Source: Camelus ferus (lineage: Eukaryota). From it: 64,000 nt of DNA. The stretch spans positions 7,132,001 to 7,196,000 of the forward strand of contig NC_045696.1 in assembly GCF_009834535.1 (NCBI RefSeq). The letters are read 5' to 3'. Both the position numbers and the translations under genes were made by a program. The notes under the pieces are model-generated. The model was not told where the DNA came from. It did not search any database and worked only from the letters and a program-made list of their open reading frames with translations. How positions within the stretch are numbered: position 1 is the first letter of the stretch; each line of letters starts with the position of its first letter. Of this stretch, positions 56,791 to 64,000 are shown one piece after another.

Positions 56791-59700
56791 AGGGGCTCCC
56801 TGTTAATTTTAGGAGTCTATTCTAGTTTCTTGGCGGAATCATTTTTAGGCTATTTGTTGGGCAAAATAATCGAGCCATGCATAATATATACCAATAAAAC
56901 AAACATATGCATTTATTAAAATTAGTTATGTTCAAAACTATAAATATGTTTAAGTTTTCAACTTGCTCACTTACAATTCCACTGGTATTTCAAACACTGG
57001 AAAATTTTGAACCAATGACTACATCTTTCCAGGAGTAACTATGCTCACTTAAAACACCAAAATCACACAATCAAAAAAAGATTTTTTAATGTACTGCACA
57101 GACCTGAAATTGGCTATGAAAGTAATTCTGACTACCACATTTTTATGCACACAGTGTGTAAGTGTGCCCTACGCACTTGGCCATGTCACGACACTGCTAA
57201 CCTTTTCACAACTGGCCAAACCGCCTACAAGGCCAAGTCAAATAGCTAATTCTAAATATCTTAACTTTTCTTACATACTTTTGGCAACAAAAGTTACTAT
57301 TTCAGGAACATATGTATATATAAACCAGATGCATTCCATCCACAAAAAATTGGCCTTTGGATCAGACTGTACTTCAGTGCTTCCAATAGTGCCTTGTACA
57401 GAGTAGATGCTCAAAACACATGGGAAGAACAAATTAATTCCTACAAACAATACAACACTTTCTTTACTAACTTTCATTGTGATTTCATGTTAGATAACCA
57501 AATTTTCTGTTTTTCACTACTGTAATGCCATAATCACAAATCCAGAATTAGAAAATAATTTTTCCAAATACACAGTTACAAATTTATACTCAAACTCAAA
57601 CCAGCCCTAACCATCTGATGCTTTGTCCACTTCCAACTTCCACAGTCACAAAGTCAGGAGAATGTAATGTAACAAGCTCCCTTCTTCCCTTCCCCAGCTG
57701 GGTGAAAAAACCCAGTGGTTCAGAGGACCCAGGAGCTCACCAAGCTGCTGCAGGTAGCGAGCTCCCCTCCACACCGCTGCTCAACGTCCTCCCTGCAAAA
57801 GGGATTGCTGCTGAGATAATTCTCCTGCTGCCTCCTCAGCTATCTGGCTCTGGGAGCCAAAAACAGCCACACCTCCAAGGCTCCAAATCTCCTGACCTTT
57901 CTGTGTGAAGACCCAGATCACAAAGACAAAAAAAAAAAAAAAAAAAAGGCAGTAGTTCTCACCTCCTGCTTAGATCAGTTACAAGAGCTAAACAATCTTT
58001 TTTTCTTGAAAAGATTCCATAGTGTAAGTGCCAGGACTTCATTAAAAAATTGTTTCCTAGTTTAATAATACCTATTCTATCCATTTTATTTACATTTACC
58101 TCATATTTTCATGTATAGTAGAGTAAGAAACACTATATCCTGCCATTCTTGCTATCTTGAGACCTATTAATAAAGCTGAACGGCATACATAACACATATG
58201 CAGAACACAAGTTTAAGAACCATGAAAGGTGCAGTGAAAACTGTAATAGCCCAAACAGGCTCAGCATTCCAAACAGTAACCATACTTTTCCACACTTTTA
58301 CTACATTTATCTTTTCAACAAAACTGTGTTTAAATTTATATGAAACACACATATTAGAAGGATTAATTACCAGAAATGAAATGTTAAAGTAAGTTCATTT
58401 CAATTTACTTGTACAATAAACCCTACTGTAAAGACACTGACAGGATGATTAACAAGAAACAATGGAAATCAAATAATGAAACTACCAAAGTTTAGAGCTA
58501 GAAGGCACTTGGGTGAGTGGGATGTCTAGTCTAGTCCAATCTTACATTCAAGGAACAGAGAGAAGGGTCCATGTGGCCTGACTCAAGTTACACAACTAGA
58601 TCATTAGTCAAGATCTGGAACCCACGTCTGGTAGACCAGGCCACATCAGCACACAGTTTTAGTGTTTTACACTTCAGTTAGAAGAAAGCTTTTAATCTGA
58701 CTGCCTTCGGTTCGGAAAATTATGGAGTTTGGCAAAAATATCTGGCTGAATATTATTACTTAAAAGATTGTTTTTTTATACAATATGAATCAAAAAATAT
58801 TCTACAGCTTAAAATGGATACGAAATTAACTTATCTCTTATTTGAAAACAAACCACAAATAAGATGTTAGTTGTATCTAAAAATAGGTACTTTGCTAGCT
58901 AACTAGATTATCTACTACAATAACATAACCATAAAAATAACTTTAAAGGACTGGTCCTTTGCAGATGCCAGATGTTAGAGCGTAAAGTGCATTGTATCTA
59001 TAAAAGAAAGAAGCCTGGGCTGGACCCCAGAGTCTACTGCCTACATACTTGGAGAGATCACAAATGGGAGCTCAAGTCCCTTCAGCTGCAAAACAGATTA
59101 AGAACAGGCAGCCTGCCTGATAGGCTGCTTCTGAACAAGCGGGAAAATGAATCCAAACATACTTTGTTTCTTACAAGTACGATGCAAATGGATCATTATG
59201 CTATCATTATGTGGAAGTCCAGAGAATTTTCTTCTGGTACACACACACTTTCCAGTTTTGACCAACTACTCTAATTCTCAAACATACAATTCCTCAATTT
59301 ACTGCATAGAAGAATTCTTAAGTCCCGCCATAATTTGTTTTACTATTTTATTGTGAATGTTATTTACATGCTGTAATACATTTTATAAATGTAGAATCAG
59401 GTCAACTATTGACAATATTTTATTTTAATACATACAAGGGTGTCCTCAAATAATGGCGTTACTTAACTGTAGCCAATAGCTTATTAAAACCACATACTAT
59501 TAAGTTAGAAAAAACTAATTTCCCTCAAATACTCCAGTAAAAGAAATACTCTGAAACTTTCCAAGTTTTTGATCATATTAAAAGACCTAAGTAAACAGTG
59601 GCAAACCAAATTCCTAAGTACATGGAAAAACAGCCACTTTCAGTGCTCATCACACACTCAACCTCAGAGGGAAAGAAACTTTACCACAACTATAGCTAGT

Positions 59701-60296
59701 TAAAAAAAAAATCCTTCCCAAACCAAAAATCAACATAGTAGATGCAGTTAATTCAGGAAGATATTAAAAATACATACACACATGCATATATGTATGTAGG
59801 TCAAGAGATTTCAGCACTTACTCACTTCATACTATTCTTATGGAAAATTACTGAATCTCTAGTCTGAATATTAGAATGAGCAGCATAACTAATTTACATT
59901 AATTTTAAGGAGTTTCACATTTACTTGTAGGTATGTGTATAAAGTAGTTTATAACAGCATAAAATCAGCTCCATCAGTTTGCTATAATGGAATCTGACTT
60001 GTTTTCCTATAACTTAAATTTTTCTACTTAACCATCTTTCCCTAAAAATAAGCTTCCAGTTTCTTTAACTAATATTCTCTAGAAATAACTTTCCCCCTTA
60101 TTGCAAAATGAGAGAATGTGCTTATGTTTATATGTGTTTTTTAATTAAAGTGAAAAACATAGGGGAAAGAGAAAAAAACCAACAAAAATTTTAATGCAAA
60201 CTTCTTAACATTGTATTTTGTTAATGTGAAGTCCCATGTGACACGTAAAACTGAAAACCATTAAGGTATTTGCCTGTTTTCTATTACACCATTTTA

Positions 60297-60581
<285 letters not shown>

Positions 60582-62944
60582 TCATATCCTAATGTTTGTA
60601 CCTTCTGATCTATTTGATAGTTCTTTAAATTAAGAACTTTAGGATGTTCAATTATATTAAAAACCTTTAATACTACAAACAAGGATATGATACTCAACAC
60701 AAATGTTGTACGTTAAATGGTATAGAATCCAGTAGTGATTAAAGTGAGTATCTATAAATCTGTTTTAAGAGAAAATCTTAAAACACATCTTTTTGTAAAG
60801 CAATGGAAACAACCTTTAATACTTTTTCACATACAAGATTTTCATCAGTTGAGAACCGTAAATTGCAAAAGTAATCTCTGAATGCCCGCACCAGGCCTGT
60901 CCAGTGGGGCAGCTCTTTAGCAATCAGTTCAGAGGAGCACTGCTGAGGCTCCGCTTTACACCTGCCAGGTGTACGGCAATCAGCCCCCCTGGCATCCTCC
61001 AAAGCAGGTGAGAAATTCGTCCTAATGGTGCTCGCCACTGACACAGGTAATTAAAGGCTGAGCACACAACACATGGAAATAAATTCACAGGCTGCTGTAT
61101 TCCTCTGGACTCTTCTTACACAGTCCCAAGAGAACCTAGACCAGGCAAGCCTGCCACAAAATGACAGTCAATAATTATTTCGCAGGTAGGCTGAGACCAT
61201 GGTCATGATTTTTCATGGTAGAAATGGAAAATTAACATTTTGGTCCATAAAAGTACTTGCTAGCTAACTAACAAAAGTTACTTTTTCCTTAAGAAAAGAA
61301 AAAGACTTTTCTTCTTATAGTCAACAAAACTTTCAATCACAAACTAAAGTCAGAAGGCAAAGCATAAAACCCTGGTCAACCAACACTGGCCCAGAATACC
61401 TGTTTTTTTTTTTTTTGTTTTTTTAAGTAAACCACCGAACTCTCACCACACTGTTTAGCACCATGGTACTTTTTCTCAAGCTGACTTGTTTCAAAACACA
61501 CACCAGCACTGGTCCAAAAGTGAAGAGCACAGACTCTTAGCCAGGCTGCTGCAGTTTGAAATTTCAGCTCCATACTTAACCAGCTGTGTGGCCTTGCACA
61601 CCTAATGTCCTGATAATGATAATAATATGTACCTCAAACAGCTGTGGCGAAGGTTAAGCACTTTAATACGTGTAAAGTACTGAGAACAGCTCTGGCAGTG
61701 ACAGCTTGCTTAACATCTGCTGCAGTCACCGCACTGAAAGGTACATTCACGATGAAGAGACGAGCACCCTTCTCGTGGAGTGTACAACCTCTACCTGAAT
61801 GTCGCATGGATTCTGCAAACTAAAGACAACAAAGCTCAATTCCCCCCAAAATAGAAGTTCCACTTCCATATTCTCCCACAGCGAATGCCACTGTCTCCCA
61901 TGAGCCAATCAGAATCAAGGCTCTGGGAGTCACAGTAGAGCTCTTTTCGTCCACAAACCACCTCTCACAAGTAACAGCCCCATCTTGTTCCCACCTCCTG
62001 CAGAACACTCGGATACCACCTCTCCTTCCCGCCTCCGTCACCCCATGCCGCACTCAGACAACTGCAACAGATCCCTAACAGCTCACTCTGTCTTTACCTT
62101 GCCCATCTGCAATTCTGTATTTCTTCAGTGAGATGGCTACAGCGGCCTTTCTAAAGTGCAAATCTCAAGTCTTCACCCCTGCTTACAAGTGCACATCACC
62201 TGCATTAGCTCTGCTTTTAGACCTCGGACTCTGTCCCCTCCTTTCGCAGCACGAGGCCCTTAACTGACCCAGAGTATATGACTGATAAACGTCTGCTGAA
62301 CACGTTAAAGGACCACGTCTTCATGGCAAATGGGGTAACTTATCTAAACAATTCATTAATCAGAATTTAAAATACATTCAGTTAATTCAATTATGTGGAA
62401 CAATTCTGTTCAGTTTAAAGGGGGTGGGGTTGATTACATCCGAAGGAAATAATAGATGCTATGCACAAATACAGTTAGGAAACAATATATAACCTGGTAC
62501 TGTTTGCAACAGCAAACAACTGGAAATCTAAATGTCAAATAATTGGTGCGGGGGTGGGGGGGTGTATGCTTAAATCTTCATGTTAAAAACAAAAGAAAAC
62601 TGGGAAGGAATATAAATAAATAAAATATATATATGAAAAGAACTGAGGTCCTTGATATACAAACAACTCAGAAATAAACAGTAAAAAAACTAAGACCCTG
62701 CATCATAAAGACAGCAACTCTCGGCCCTAGTTTCCCTGCCTACAGCAGAGGTGTTATTACACTAACCCCAGTCCCTTAGGTCTGTCACAAAGTTTAAATG
62801 AGATACCACAAGTAGACATGCAGAATAGAACCCAGCACATAATAACCATTTTTTTAAAAAATTAATTTCGATTTCTATTATCAGTGCCATTATTAAATTC
62901 TATGCTTAAACTTGCTTTTTATATATATATATATATATATATAT

Positions 62945-64000
62945 AAATACAGAAATTAGAATACAGCTTAAACAATTATCATCAACTGAACTTGTCAGGC
63001 AGGAATAATAAAAACTGCCATCTTCCCAGAACCACCCCACCACTGGTCCACAACCACTCACAGTCAATGCTGAATTCTCTCTCCCCCAAAAGTCATTAAT
63101 ATCCTGAACTCCATAATCAGATTAGTTTTAACTTTATATAAGTGAATCTGTTTAAGCTACAGTTTGTTCATTATCATTACTTTATAGTACCCCACTGTAT
63201 GAACAAGTGACGATTTATTTATCCATTCTTCTTTTGACTGACACTGGATTATTTCCAGTTCAGAGCTATTATGAATACTGCCACTGGGAAGATTTTTGTT
63301 ATACGTCTTTCTGCATATATAGAGATGCTGTCCTATTTTTTTTTGTTTTTCATCTAATTTTTCCCTAGCAGTTTATGAAAACTCCCTGTGCTCCACTCCA
63401 TTCCTTCACCAACACCTAGAATCATCAGTATCTCTGATTTCAGCCACGACAGTGTATTGGTACTCCATTGTGATTTTAATGTGTTTTCCTGATGACTGTG
63501 AGCACCCTTTTCATTTATTTACTGGCCACTTGGATATCCACTTTTGTGAAATGCCCAGATTGTTTTTCCATTTTTCTATGAAGAGAGTCTTTTTCGTACA
63601 AATTTCTACATTTTTTAAAAAGTCTATTTTTAACATACTTTGGATGTAAGCCCTTATTGATTAGATGCTTTGCACTGTCACTCTCTTAGTGTTATTTTTT
63701 TGATGAATGTGATCTCTTAATTTTACCAACTTTTGTTTAAAGTTAGTTCTTTTGCTGTCTGTTTTAAGAAATCTTTCCTTATATCAAAGTCATGAAGAAA
63801 TTCTATGTTATCTTCCAAAAGTTCAGTTTTACCATTCACACCTAGAGATGGGCAATGCTCTTAGATCTGATTTCTGTGTTTGTGATAGCAATCAAGTTTC
63901 ACTTCCCCCAGAATGGACATCCAATTAACTAGGAACCAGTCGTTAAAAGGACAAACTTTCCCCAATGTCTTGTAATGTCATCTTTATCATAAATCATATT
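62945..64000 (-). mobile_element. Old L1 3' portion, continuing beyond the window
   Basis: tttatccattct...ttatttccagtt, tgagcacccttttcat, aatggacatccaatt motifs; (TA)n at ~62920-62944. Confidence 0.8.

Overview
Mammalian genomic DNA. It is probably camelid, inferred only from tRNA-derived SINEs resembling the camelid Vic-1 type. The right ~40 kb carries DYRK1A on the minus strand: 10 coding exons at 60544-25327, all with GT/AG boundaries, plus a multi-kb 3' UTR. The small ATG-bearing exon lies beyond the window. Nine exons translate cleanly into the conserved DYRK1A protein as I recall it. The terminal coding exon is 622 nt, not a multiple of 3 (621 expected), because of one extra base at 25855-25857. 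Read literally, this turns the His-repeat into poly-Pro and ends the protein at 625 aa instead of 763 aa. It may be an assembly error or a real allele. The rest is intronic or intergenic sequence full of transposon fossils: a ~2.2 kb near-complete hAT (Cheshire/MER58-like) element, a ~5.9 kb old L1, solo LTRs, MER2, MER5, MIR, L2 and TSD-flanked SINE and L1 insertions. I found no evidence for a wholly novel biological system. Repeat names and human comparisons come from memory of consensus sequences, not from searches.
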